32,000 nucleotides of DNA from Candidatus Electronema aureum (GTDB lineage Bacteria > Desulfobacterota > Desulfobulbia > Desulfobulbales > Desulfobulbaceae). A program made the translations under genes and the position numbers. Below the pieces are notes generated by a model. The model was not told the origin of the DNA, did no database searches, and saw only the letters and a program-made list of their open reading frames with translations. The stretch covers positions 1 to 32,000 of the forward strand of contig NQJD01000002.1 in NCBI GenBank assembly GCA_004284765.1. Reading direction: 5' to 3'. Shown one piece after another: positions 1 through 8,940 of the stretch (positions are counted from its first letter, which is position 1; the number at the start of each line of letters is the position of its first letter).

Positions 1-27
1 GTAAAATGTTGTAATCTTGAGTTCCAT
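1..27 (-). CDS. 5' end of a leftward-reading gene cut by the window edge (MELKITTFY...)
   Basis: ATG at 27..25 with a GGAGGAG Shine-Dalgarno (complement of 31..37) 3 nt upstream. Only 9 codons are visible, so the product is unknown. Confidence 0.3.
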
Positions 28-140
28 GCTCTCCTCCGTGTGCGGTTATATTCGTGCCAGACAGCAGAAGTATACCATACGCGGGGAAGCATGGATTTTT
101 CAAGAGTTATAGGTCACAACTTGGGTTGGTTATATAATAA

Positions 141-851
141 ACCTCTTGCATAAGTTAGAATCCACGTACATACTTTGCACATGAGATACGAAACAGTGCA
201 GTGCCTCAGCGATGCAGATCTTAAGCGTTCAACCGGAGTTTACCGTTCAACTTCTGATAAAATGCGGTACGTTATCGAGCGCAATTTTGGCAGGCCACCA
301 AAGTTGAGCCGTGCTGACCAACTGTTGCTATCAGCGAACTGGCTGTATGTCGGACGATTCAAAAGATTGAAAATACGCTTATGGAAATCGGAACATTTCA
401 CCTGCCCAACAAAAAGGCACTTCAAACCAGCAGCATAGAATTTGAAATTGTCCTTGTCGATGCGACCGTTCAACCGGTTGAACGCCCTCAAAAAAACAGC
501 GGCAGCAAACACGATTTTCAGGTTTTCAAAGAAAGCGGCTTCGGACTGTCATCGCATGTTCTGCTGTTCGCTGATGCCGGTTATCAGGGCGTGGCTCAAA
601 TACTACAACATCCCAACAGCCAGACATCGACCAAAAAAACAAACTAGATCCGTTAGGTAACGATTAGAAAAAGAACAACAAAACGTTATCTCGGAAACGC
701 ATCCTGATTGAACATATCTTGCGCAGGCTTAAAATTTTCCGCATCTTGCGCGAGCGGTCAGGAGAAAGCGTTTCGGTCTCCGCTTCAGCTTGATCGCCGC
801 CCTCTATAACATGGAGCTAAAAAATGCGGGCGAATGACTTATGCAAGAGGT
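141..851 (+). mobile_element. Decayed insertion sequence (IS5-like, HTH_Tnp_4/DDE_Tnp_4-type transposase) with intact terminal inverted repeats
   Basis: ACCTCTTGCATAAGT at 141..155 is the exact reverse complement of ACTTATGCAAGAGGT at 837..851. These repeats bracket the frameshifted transposase remnants. At 711 bp the element is far shorter than a functional IS of this type. Confidence 0.7.
175..837 (+). pseudogene. Transposase pseudogene (frameshifted, internally deleted)
   Basis: Family-typical pieces lie in different frames: GRPPKLSRADQLLL (HTH part, 175..438 frame); VDATVQPVERPQK, HDFQVFKES and ADAGYQG (DDE part, 381..647 frame); KKNNKTLSRKRILIEHILRRLKIFRILRER (about 668..757); RRKRFGLRFSLIAALYNMELK (about 760..825). 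The segment normally found between the first and second catalytic Asp regions is missing. Confidence 0.75.
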
Positions 852-977
852 CTAATGGGAAAAGGATTGCAGGATATGCGCTGTCCGGTATTTTCTTGAT
901 TCCATCCGGGCTACCTGCTATGCTGCTTCAATTAGTCGCGGTCAACTATCACAATCATTCTCCTGCGGCAAACACTG

Positions 978-1334
978 ATGCGCCTGCTGAATCTGATCAG
1001 AACCTACTGGATAATTTGCACAACCTTCACGCTGGCAGCCATTACTGTCCTCTCGCTTCTGCCGCTGCCCACCTTGCCCCCTGTGCCGGGCAAAGACAAG
1101 ACCCTGCACCTGATCGCCTACGCCGCACTCATGTTCCCGGTTGGTCTGCGCCGCTCGATGCGCATCTTGGCGATATTCCTATTGTTCGTCCTCTACAGCG
1201 GCATGATCGAGCTGATCCAGCCTTATGTGAACCGCTATGGCGAATGGTTGGACTTAGCCGCCAACACCCTCGGCCTTGCCTGCGGCCTGCTGCTTGCTGA
1301 GATGCTCCGCCGTCTAAACGACCGCAGAGTATAA
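978..1334 (+). CDS. VanZ-like family membrane protein
   Basis: 118-aa protein with 4 predicted TM segments. Carries the pattern DK.LH...Y..L and ...E..Q......R.....D...N..G typical of VanZ-like proteins. The overlapping 824..1300 ORF is in another frame and has no recognisable features. Confidence 0.65.
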   Translation: MRLLNLIRTYWIICTTFTLAAITVLSLLPLPTLPPVPGKDKTLHLIAYAALMFPVGLRRSMRILAIFLLFVLYSGMIELIQPYVNRYGEWLDLAANTLGLACGLLLAEMLRRLNDRRV

Positions 1335-1415
1335 ATCCTTTTCCCTCCATCTCCACATCCAAAGCTACTGTGGTGAATCGCACCATGCTACGGTAAAAAC
1401 ACAGACCGTTTGATA

Positions 1416-1946
1416 ATGAAACAGTATTTTCAGCGTATGAAAGCGACCGGAGTGTGTCCGCCGCGAAAGCCTGTCAGCAAGATAATCTGGTCATGGTTTG
1501 GTGCCTTTCTCGGCATTATGCTGGTGCAGGCAGCTTCCGGGCATGCGAACGGGTTGTTTTTGATTGGCTCATTTGGAGCCTCAGCCGTTCTGATTTACGG
1601 CACCCCGATGGCAGAATTCGCCCAACCTCGAAATCTCGTCGGCGGACACGTTGTGTCGGCTCTCGTCGGCGTGACGGCCTTCTTCATCTTTGGCAGCAGC
1701 AGCTTGGCTGCTCCGGCAGCAGTTTCTCTGTCTGTTGCGGCGATGCACCTCACGCGCACCCTGCATCCGCCGGGTGGCGCAACCGCCTTAATTGCAGTGA
1801 TTGGCGGCGACAGCATTCACGCCTTGGGCTACCGCTATGTTGTTTCGCCAGTGCTACTCGGCTCGCTTCTCATGCTGCTGGTTGCCCTTTTGGTCAACAA
1901 CATGTCTGCCAATCCGAAACGGCATTATCCGGTCTATTGGCTGTGA
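1416..1946 (+). CDS. HPP family membrane protein
   Basis: Polytopic membrane protein carrying the eponymous motif LHPPGGATALIAV. The ORF opens at TTG 1410; the first ATG is at 1416. Confidence 0.85.
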   Translation: MKQYFQRMKATGVCPPRKPVSKIIWSWFGAFLGIMLVQAASGHANGLFLIGSFGASAVLIYGTPMAEFAQPRNLVGGHVVSALVGVTAFFIFGSSSLAAPAAVSLSVAAMHLTRTLHPPGGATALIAVIGGDSIHALGYRYVVSPVLLGSLLMLLVALLVNNMSANPKRHYPVYWL

Positions 1947-2274
1947 ATGTAGTTCGAGAAGGTTGATCTGCTCTGTCTACCTGCCCCAAAGACTGAGACC
2001 GGGACGTTTCTCGCTCAAAGATCGATTAAAACGATAAATATCAAATTACTACAGATTACTATTGTTAAGCAACAGCTTTGCTCCGAACGTGAATAGTTCT
2101 GATTTCTCTAACACATTTGAATCGCTGCATTAGATTATAGTCAAACCGATGAGGTTTTCCGTCACTTAATTTAAGCAAGGTAATTAACTCACTGAGGTCA
2201 ATCACGTGATAAAAATCGAGACTCTTGACAACAGGCACGACGGTATCTACGTTAGGAGATAAACAACAGCAAGC

Positions 2275-2730
2275 ATGTATCTTATGCAGAACCAGAGAAG
2301 TGCCATCATGAAATGCAGCCACTGCGGCCATGAAGTATCCATGTACCGGAATCCGTTGCCAACAGTCGATATCATCATTGAGCTAGAACAGGGCATTGTG
2401 CTGATTGAGCGGAAGAACCCACCTGCGGGCTGGGCCTTACCCGGTGGCTTTGTTGATTACGGTGAAAGCTACGAACAGGCAGCGATGCGCGAGGCTAAGG
2501 AGGAAACCGGGCTGGATGTCACGCTGACGCGCCAGTTTCACACCTATTCTAATCCTAACCGAGACCAGCGCCAGCATACTGCCTCGACCGTGTTCATCGC
2601 CAAAGCTGACGGACAGCCGCAAGGTTTAGACGATGCTTTGCAGGCCCAAGTGTTTCGCCGTGACACGCTGCCGCCTTTAGCCTTTGATCACGCTCAGATA
2701 TTGGACGACTATTTCAGCGATAGGTATTGA
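2275..2730 (+). CDS. NUDIX hydrolase with short N-terminal CxxC segment
   Basis: Nudix box [25 protein letters not shown]-terminal CSHCGH. Start uncertain (ATG at 2275, 2284 or 2308). The stop overlaps the next gene's ATG (TGATG at 2728..2732). Confidence 0.85.
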   Translation: MYLMQNQRSAIMKCSHCGHEVSMYRNPLPTVDIIIELEQGIVLIERKNPPAGWALPGGFVDYGESYEQAAMREAKEETGLDVTLTRQFHTYSNPNRDQRQHTASTVFIAKADGQPQGLDDALQAQVFRRDTLPPLAFDHAQILDDYFSDRY

Positions 2731-3710
2731 TGAAAGCAGCCTTTGTGTTAGCCATCCTTCTTTTGGTGATAACGCTGTCAGGCTGTGGTGGGTCGTCAAG
2801 CGCAGAGCTTCCCCTCGTGATCTTGGATACCGATATTTCGTCCGATGCAGATGACGTAGGCGCGGTGGCTATCTTGCACAATTTGGCCAATCAGGGTAAG
2901 GTCAACGTGCTCGCTATGATGGTCTCGTCCGGTGATCGGTGGAGCGTCCCTTGCTTGCAGGCCCTTAATGTTTGGTTCGGGCGGCGGCCAGAGATTCCTA
3001 TCGGCAAGGCGCAGGACGGGATTGTTGGCGATGAATCAAGCTATACCCGTGCAGTGGCCGAAGAATTCGCACCCAGCACGAGTACGGCGACAGTACCGGA
3101 CGCAGTGCAGCTTTACCGACGAGTCTTGGCTGCGCAAGCGGACAGCAGCGTGACTCTTGTCAGCATCGGTTATTTGACCAATCTGCATCATCTTCTTCAA
3201 TCAAAGCCGGATGCGGTTTCTCCCTTAAACGGTGCCGCTCTGGTTCGCCAAAAAGTGAAACGTTTAGTCTGCATGGGCGGTCAGTATCCTTCAGGCCGAG
3301 AATGGAATTTCTATCAGGATGCGAAAGCAGCGATGGATGTGATCAGCCATTGGCCTGTGCCGATTGTCTTTGTCGGCTTTGAGATCGGTAAGGATATCAT
3401 GACGGGGGCAACGCTACGGAATCTGCCAGCACCAAATCCTCTTCGCCGTAGCTATGAATTGCATAACAAACTGGCAGGTCGTCCAAGCTGGGATCAGCTT
3501 GCGGTTTATTATGCAGTTATGACCGCAAACGGAGAACAAAGTGATTGGTGGGCAAAGGTGTATGGCCGTAATTCTGTCCGCGACGACGGCAGCAACTCTT
3601 GGCTCAATCAGCAGCAGAGCAAAATTGATCATGCGTATCTTGTTCAGCGCGGTGAATCTGCAACGATTACTGCGAAGATAGAACAGCTTATGCTGACTTC
3701 AGCCCAATAA
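2730..3710 (+). CDS. Lipoprotein, inosine-uridine-preferring nucleoside hydrolase-like fold
   Basis: Signal peptide plus lipobox (VITLSGC). The N-terminal Asp cluster ILDTDISSDADDVGAV resembles the DxDxxxDD metal/ribose-binding signature of IU nucleoside hydrolases. The rest of the protein could not be verified by eye. Confidence 0.55.
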   Translation: MKAAFVLAILLLVITLSGCGGSSSAELPLVILDTDISSDADDVGAVAILHNLANQGKVNVLAMMVSSGDRWSVPCLQALNVWFGRRPEIPIGKAQDGIVGDESSYTRAVAEEFAPSTSTATVPDAVQLYRRVLAAQADSSVTLVSIGYLTNLHHLLQSKPDAVSPLNGAALVRQKVKRLVCMGGQYPSGREWNFYQDAKAAMDVISHWPVPIVFVGFEIGKDIMTGATLRNLPAPNPLRRSYELHNKLAGRPSWDQLAVYYAVMTANGEQSDWWAKVYGRNSVRDDGSNSWLNQQQSKIDHAYLVQRGESATITAKIEQLMLTSAQ

Positions 3711-3720
3711 GGTTCTTCTT

Positions 3721-5805
3721 ATGCTTCCCTTGTCCTCCCTTCATTCCGGCAGAATGATGAACATCCTGCTGCCTGTCTGCCTCTTTTTCCTCTTTCTGCT
3801 TTATTTTGTCTTTGGCGCAGGTTGGTATGAGCCAACCAAGTTGGTTCTACGCGGGCAGGCATCGTCAGGTAGTTCGTTGATTAAGGTACGTTGGGATAGC
3901 GGAGCAGGCTTTAACGACTATGAGCAGCGACTGTTCCAACCAAACATCCAGCCGATAGATGGACAAGTCAACATTAGCATTGGTTCTACGGGTCGTTCTC
4001 TGAACAAAGAGGTGGTTTGTGAGGCAGTGCTGGTTGACGGAAAAGAAATTGATCTTAACACCATCGCTGCCGAGCCTCTGCGTACCCAAAGCGGGCTACG
4101 GTTCAAGGACGCAGAAAACATCTCTTTCCGCATACACGCTACCTCGCATATCGCCTTTAGATTCCGCACCGATACCAGCTCTGGCATCGCTTTTGTCTCT
4201 GTCAACGACACAAGGACGGAGCATGACCTGCACATGGACAATGTTGAGGCGAAATTCAAGCAGCTTGATTATTGGCTACTTCAACCGGACGGCTCATTCA
4301 CAGTGGAAACCAACTTGCCGCGCTATTTAGTTCATGTGTTGGAGATAATAAACGGTAATGTTGCCAGTCCTGTGCGGCTTACCTCCGCTGAACTGCACGG
4401 CAAAGGGAAGGTTGTTGATCTGCTGCACGGTCAGCCAATTGAACTCAGCAGCATTCGCTTCAGCAATGTTCTTGACGGGATGTACTCGTATTTTCATCCA
4501 CTGCAATTCGTGCAGCAAATCCTCTTTGCCCTTTTCTCGGTCTGGCTGCTTACCGCCTTGCTCCGTCTTTATTCAAGACTCGGTGGGCTACGTGGCTGTG
4601 TTTTTGCCGAAGGGCGGTGGTGGTTCTGGTTAATGCTACTCGTCAGCCTGACAGTGTTTGGCATTTGGTTAGCAGCGTTCTGGCCCGGTGTAATGTCGGT
4701 TGATTCAATGAAGATATGGCGGGCAGCCAGTTTGCCAGATATGTATATCAACGACCATCCGCTCTTGAACGTCATTCTCTATAAATACCTGCGCCATCTC
4801 TGGAATAACGTTGCTCTTGTGCCGATTACACAGGTTTTCCTGACCAGCCTGCTGATTGCTTGGTTCGGCTTCTGGCTTTATCGACAGGGCGTGTCTAAGT
4901 CAATCCTGCTGCTCTGGCTACTCTTCATACTTTGCTCGATTCCAGTTGGTTTGTACAATATCGTCTTGTGGAAGGATATTCCTTTTGCCCTGCTGGTAGT
5001 GTTTTGGGCCTGTTCTTTAGTGAAGCTGTGGCACGAGAAACAGCAAAATCAGTTGAGCTGGACAGTTGAGCCGAGCTGTGCCTTGATCTTACTCGGCTTA
5101 TCCTTGGGCCTTATTCGGCATAACGGGCTGATTTATTTTGTCGTCTTGCCCGTGCTGCTTCTGGTGCTTGGTCTTGTGCCGCTGAAGAAAGCATTGACAG
5201 GGTTAGCTGTGCTGGTGTTGACTGCTGGAATCAGTTTTGCATTATTGCAAAGCAGAATTGTGGATTCTGGCTTCTTTACGCGGTCTATACAAGGCTATAG
5301 CGGAATGCTGAAGTTAGAGAATGTTGCAAAGGATGTAAAACGGACAATACATGACTCTGCAACGGTGTTAGACATCAATACGCCTGAGTATCAATCGAGT
5401 AAATTTCATTATTACTTTCAAGACCGTTACGCTTGGTGGTTTCTACTTCATTCTGGTTGGTGGGATGTGTATCCGTATCATAAGGAAGTGGTTCCTTTTC
5501 CAAGGCTGCGGCAGAAGGTCATGCAACTCTATGAACAGAGTTATCAAAAACCTTGGATATGGCTGACGTGGAATCCGGTCTGGCTGCTTGCGCTGCTGCC
5601 GCTACTGACCTTACTTTTCCGCTGGTTCCCAGCTACGGCAGTGCTGGGTACTATGCTGATGGCTGGTACGCTGCCTTTGGTCTATTTGCATATTCTCAAT
5701 TGGCGCTACTATTATTTTCTCTATTTTGGTCTGCTCTTCCTGCCCGCCTTTATCAGTCTTGATTTCGCCTGTCGCAGCAGTAAACAATGCGCTTCTCCAT
5801 CATAA
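3721..5805 (+). CDS. Large polytopic membrane protein, possible GT-C-type glycosyltransferase
   Basis: 694 aa: an N-terminal TM anchor, a ~230-aa non-membrane domain, then at least 10 hydrophobic helices rich in W/F/L. It overlaps the downstream GT2 gene by 19 nt. The functional call is inferred only from topology and the GT2 neighbour. Confidence 0.5.
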   Translation: MLPLSSLHSGRMMNILLPVCLFFLFLLYFVFGAGWYEPTKLVLRGQASSGSSLIKVRWDSGAGFNDYEQRLFQPNIQPIDGQVNISIGSTGRSLNKEVVCEAVLVDGKEIDLNTIAAEPLRTQSGLRFKDAENISFRIHATSHIAFRFRTDTSSGIAFVSVNDTRTEHDLHMDNVEAKFKQLDYWLLQPDGSFTVETNLPRYLVHVLEIINGNVASPVRLTSAELHGKGKVVDLLHGQPIELSSIRFSNVLDGMYSYFHPLQFVQQILFALFSVWLLTALLRLYSRLGGLRGCVFAEGRWWFWLMLLVSLTVFGIWLAAFWPGVMSVDSMKIWRAASLPDMYINDHPLLNVILYKYLRHLWNNVALVPITQVFLTSLLIAWFGFWLYRQGVSKSILLLWLLFILCSIPVGLYNIVLWKDIPFALLVVFWACSLVKLWHEKQQNQLSWTVEPSCALILLGLSLGLIRHNGLIYFVVLPVLLLVLGLVPLKKALTGLAVLVLTAGISFALLQSRIVDSGFFTRSIQGYSGMLKLENVAKDVKRTIHDSATVLDINTPEYQSSKFHYYFQDRYAWWFLLHSGWWDVYPYHKEVVPFPRLRQKVMQLYEQSYQKPWIWLTWNPVWLLALLPLLTLLFRWFPATAVLGTMLMAGTLPLVYLHILNWRYYYFLYFGLLFLPAFISLDFACRSSKQCASPS

Positions 5806-6578
5806 CTCCAAACTACAACGGCGGTAGCTTTCTTGAGCAAGCCATTACCAACATTATTAGTCAGGTTGGTGATGGCATTAAGCTGGAATATATCATTATT
5901 GATGGTGGCAGTACCGATTGCTCACACGAGATTATGGCAAGATATTCATCAAAGATCGCCATAAGTATCATTGAAAAAGACAACGGCCCAGCCAATGCTA
6001 TCAACAAGGGATTAGCCTTAGCGACTGGCGACGTGTTGGCGTGGCTAAATGCTGATGATCTCTATTATCCGGGAACGCTACAGCGGGTGCGACTGGCAAT
6101 GGAGTGCAGACCGGAGGCAGCAATCTGCTTCGGTAGCTGTCCGATCATTGACCAGCAGGGGAAGGAAATTCGGCAGAACATCAGCCGCTTCAAAGAATTC
6201 TTCTATCCCTTTTCCTCACGATTCACCTATCAGTGCATCAACTATCTGTCCCAGCCTGCATTGTTTTTCCGGCGATCAGCCTTTGCGCAAGCCGGGCCGC
6301 TGCGTGAAGATATGGTTGCAGCGTGGGATTATGAGTTCATCCTTCGGCTCTGGCGTTGTGGTAATGCTGTACACGTACCGGACACGCCGCTGGCGGCCTT
6401 CCGCTGGCATGAGCAGTCGATCAGTGGGCAAAATTTCAGGATTCAGTTCCAAGAAGAATACGAAGCAGCGCGTGCTGACGCAGGCCGCTTTTCCCCGCAA
6501 ACGTTTATTCATTTCTTTGTCCGTTGGGGGATCGTTGGTATTTACTCGCTGATGGCGTGGTTGAAGAAGAGGCTATAA
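5787..6578 (+). CDS. Family 2 glycosyltransferase
   Basis: N-terminus FSIITPNYNGGSFLEQAITNIISQ, IIDGGSTD and LNADD (DxD-like) are classic GT2 (GT-A fold) signatures. Confidence 0.85.
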   Translation: MRFSIITPNYNGGSFLEQAITNIISQVGDGIKLEYIIIDGGSTDCSHEIMARYSSKIAISIIEKDNGPANAINKGLALATGDVLAWLNADDLYYPGTLQRVRLAMECRPEAAICFGSCPIIDQQGKEIRQNISRFKEFFYPFSSRFTYQCINYLSQPALFFRRSAFAQAGPLREDMVAAWDYEFILRLWRCGNAVHVPDTPLAAFRWHEQSISGQNFRIQFQEEYEAARADAGRFSPQTFIHFFVRWGIVGIYSLMAWLKKRL

Positions 6579-8333
6579 CGGCAGGCGAATCGAGAAAACA
6601 CTCCCCCTACCCAGCGTACTTTCCACAACAATTGTCCCATGATGCGCCTGCACAATGTGCTTGGCGATAGCTAACCCTAAGCCAGTGCCGCCCAGCTTGC
6701 AACTGCGGGCTTTATCAACCCGGTAGAAACGTTCAAAGAGCCGGGCGTGATGCTCTTTACCAATACCGCAGCCGAAATCTTGGACCGAAATGACTACTCC
6801 ATCACTCGTCACTTTCACGACTTGGAGAATGACTGTGCTGCCTGCGCTGCTGTATTTAATTGCATTGTTTAAGAGATTGACCACAGCCTGCTCCAGTAGC
6901 GCGCTGTTGATCTGCGCTTTGAGCGCATCTTGGCAGGTCAGTTCTACGCTGATGCCTTTCTCCTCTGCCGCCTGAGTGCAAACCGCCGCTGCGTTTTCCA
7001 ACACCGGTTTGATTGCCTTCCAGCTCAGACTGATCTGACCTTGTTCCTCGTCCTGTTCCAGTCGCGCTAAAGCGAGCAAGTCTTCAATGATCGCGTGCAA
7101 CCGTCGGACGTTGCGGGCGATGATCTCCAGAAAACGTGCTGCATCCTCTGGTTCATGCATCGCACCGTCACGTAGAGTTTCAACAAAGCCACTGATCGCC
7201 GTGATTGGGGTCTTCAGCTCGTGCGAAACATTGGCAGCAAAATCGCGGCGCATAGTCTCTAACTGCTTGAGGCGAGTGATGTCGTGAAAGACCAAGAGAG
7301 CACCTCCGTCTTGGCCAATCTCGCCACGCAGCAGACATCCGTGGGCGTTGAGGATTTTCTCTGGGCCTATACTGACTGCAATGATTTCCTCGGTTGGCCC
7401 GCCGTTTTTTAGCGTTCTTTCGAGGAACTGCTGCACATCGGCATGACGGATGATCTCTTGGATATCGCGTTGTGCAACCGCAGCGGGATCGAAACCGAAC
7501 AGCCTACCTGCGGCCTGATTGCAGCGGAGCAACCGACCGTCTTTATCAATAACAATCACCGCTTCGGCCATGCTGCGAAAAGTAGATTCAAGCAGGCCAA
7601 GCTGCTTTTTAAGCACAGCGGTCTGCTCATCTAATTGCGCGGCCATTCGGTTGCAGGATTCGGATAGACTGGTGATTTCTAACGGCCCGGCCACATGAAT
7701 TCGGTGATGCAGGCTGCCTTGCGTGAAGCGCAGCACGCCTTGTTCAATTTCTTCTAACGGCCTACTGATGCGTAGCGCGAGCAAAAAGCTGGCAACCGCA
7801 GCGAGCAGCAAGGCCGGAAGCGCAGCCAGCAGTAACCTACTGTGGAAGACAAGCTGCTCATCAAGCAGTTTTGCCGGAAGTGCGGCTCGTACAACACCCC
7901 AAACGATGCCGTTCTTACGCACCGGTACGGCCACATAAAGCAGCTCTTTATCCAAACTGTGGCTACGTCGGAGAGAAACACCGATCTCTCCGGCCAGCGC
8001 GGCTATAATTTCTGGGCGGTCAGCGTGATTGTTCATCTCAGCCGAGTTTTTTTCTGAATCAGCTAAGACCTGTCCTGTTGCGACAATAACGGTGATCCGA
8101 GAACCAAGCTCCGCACTGAACTCAGCGCAGAGCAGATTGATTTCCGCCGCACTCAATGCAAAATTTTTCTCCACACTGCTGCGGAAAAGGCGAGCTTGAG
8201 CTTCGAGCTGATGGCAGGCTTGATCAAGATGAAATTGCTTGAGAAGAAACGAGGCGATAATCAGACTGATACCGAGGGTCAGCACGGCTAAAAGCAGATA
8301 CGAAAAACAGAGCTTCCAGAGCAGCTTTTTCAC
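6573..8333 (-). CDS. Sensor histidine kinase (TM-periplasmic-TM, HAMP, PAS, HisKA, HATPase_c)
   Basis: Two TM helices flank a ~130-aa extracytoplasmic region. PAS-like SMAEAVIVIDKDGRLLRCNQAA; H-box SHELKTPITAI; N-box LLNNAIKYS; G-boxes DFGCGI and GGTGLGLAI. No response regulator is adjacent. Confidence 0.9.
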   Translation of the reverse strand: MKKLLWKLCFSYLLLAVLTLGISLIIASFLLKQFHLDQACHQLEAQARLFRSSVEKNFALSAAEINLLCAEFSAELGSRITVIVATGQVLADSEKNSAEMNNHADRPEIIAALAGEIGVSLRRSHSLDKELLYVAVPVRKNGIVWGVVRAALPAKLLDEQLVFHSRLLLAALPALLLAAVASFLLALRISRPLEEIEQGVLRFTQGSLHHRIHVAGPLEITSLSESCNRMAAQLDEQTAVLKKQLGLLESTFRSMAEAVIVIDKDGRLLRCNQAAGRLFGFDPAAVAQRDIQEIIRHADVQQFLERTLKNGGPTEEIIAVSIGPEKILNAHGCLLRGEIGQDGGALLVFHDITRLKQLETMRRDFAANVSHELKTPITAISGFVETLRDGAMHEPEDAARFLEIIARNVRRLHAIIEDLLALARLEQDEEQGQISLSWKAIKPVLENAAAVCTQAAEEKGISVELTCQDALKAQINSALLEQAVVNLLNNAIKYSSAGSTVILQVVKVTSDGVVISVQDFGCGIGKEHHARLFERFYRVDKARSCKLGGTGLGLAIAKHIVQAHHGTIVVESTLGRGSVFSIRLPL

Positions 8334-8359
8334 GCTTCGTTTTGAGAAATCTATACAGG

Positions 8360-8721
8360 AACCCGATAGAAAAATTTTGGGCTTCCATGAAGGCGAAAAT
8401 TAAAAAATAGCTGACGGCATCAAGAGGTTAAGCGTTTGCGTCGAGACGGTTTTCCAGACGATCTAAAAACTGAAGTACTATACGCCATAATCCCCATGTC
8501 AAGGCTGTCTATGAGCGACTGCTTGCTCGCGGCAAATCCAAAATGTCCGCTCTCGGTGCCGCCATGCGCAAGCTCGTTCATCTCTGCTTCGGTGTACTAT
8601 AGTGTTTCAGTTTTTAGATCGTCTGGAAAACCGTCTCGACGCAAACGCTTAAACTCTTGATGCCGTCAGCTATTTTTTTAATTTTCGCCTTCATGGAAGC
8701 CCAAAATTTTTCTATCGGGTT
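8360..8721. repeat. Long inverted duplication (arms 8360..8474 and 8606..8721) around a 131-bp core
   Basis: Base-by-base comparison shows the left arm (115 nt) is the reverse complement of the right arm (116 nt), with one C/A mismatch and one single-T indel. The right arm is the 3' end of the IS630-type transposase fragment. Confidence 0.9.
8486..8602 (+). pseudogene. IS110-family transposase, C-terminal 38-codon fragment
   Basis: Translates to HNPHVKAVYERLLARGKSKMSALGAAMRKLVHLCFGVL*, the characteristic C-terminal tail of IS110/IS1111 (Transposase_20) proteins. No upstream part of the gene is present. Confidence 0.7.
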
Positions 8722-8940
8722 TAAATCAGGGGAATAAGGCGGCAAAAAAAGCAGCCTGCAAGAAAACTTTTTCACAAGCTCCTTCGTTTTTTCTGATTTA
8801 TGAAAACTTGCGTTGTCCATCACAACAAGAGAATTTTTGGGAATTTCAGGAAGAAGCGAATGTTCGAGCCAGAAGTTAAATATTTCAGCATCAGTGCTGC
8901 ATTCATAAATCATCGGCGCAACAATATTGCCCCCTGACAA
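8614..8940 (-). pseudogene. IS630-family (DDE_3) transposase, C-terminal fragment
   Basis: VVMDNASFHKS...LLFLPPYSPDLNPIEKFWASMK is the DDE_3 C-terminal catalytic region. The N-terminal about two-thirds of a normal IS630 transposase is absent. Confidence 0.8.

Noticed and set aside
824-1300. 158-aa ORF overlapping the VanZ-like gene
   Set aside because: It starts inside the IS terminus and overlaps the 978..1334 ORF in another frame. The VanZ-like frame gives a coherent 4-TM protein, while this one is Pro/Ala/Arg-rich with no features.
1454-1966. 170-aa alternative-frame ORF over the HPP gene
   Set aside because: The same strand in a different frame carries the HPP motif and TM helices. This frame is Arg/Ser/Cys-rich noise.
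2065-2331. 88-aa minus-strand ORF in the AT-rich gap before the NUDIX gene
   Set aside because: Its 5' third is antisense to the NUDIX start region. It has no SD and no recognisable motif. A short genuine gene within 2065..2240 cannot be excluded, but nothing supports one.
6049-6552. 167-aa alternative-frame ORF inside the GT2 gene
   Set aside because: The GT2 frame has the family motifs from its N-terminus onwards. This frame has none.
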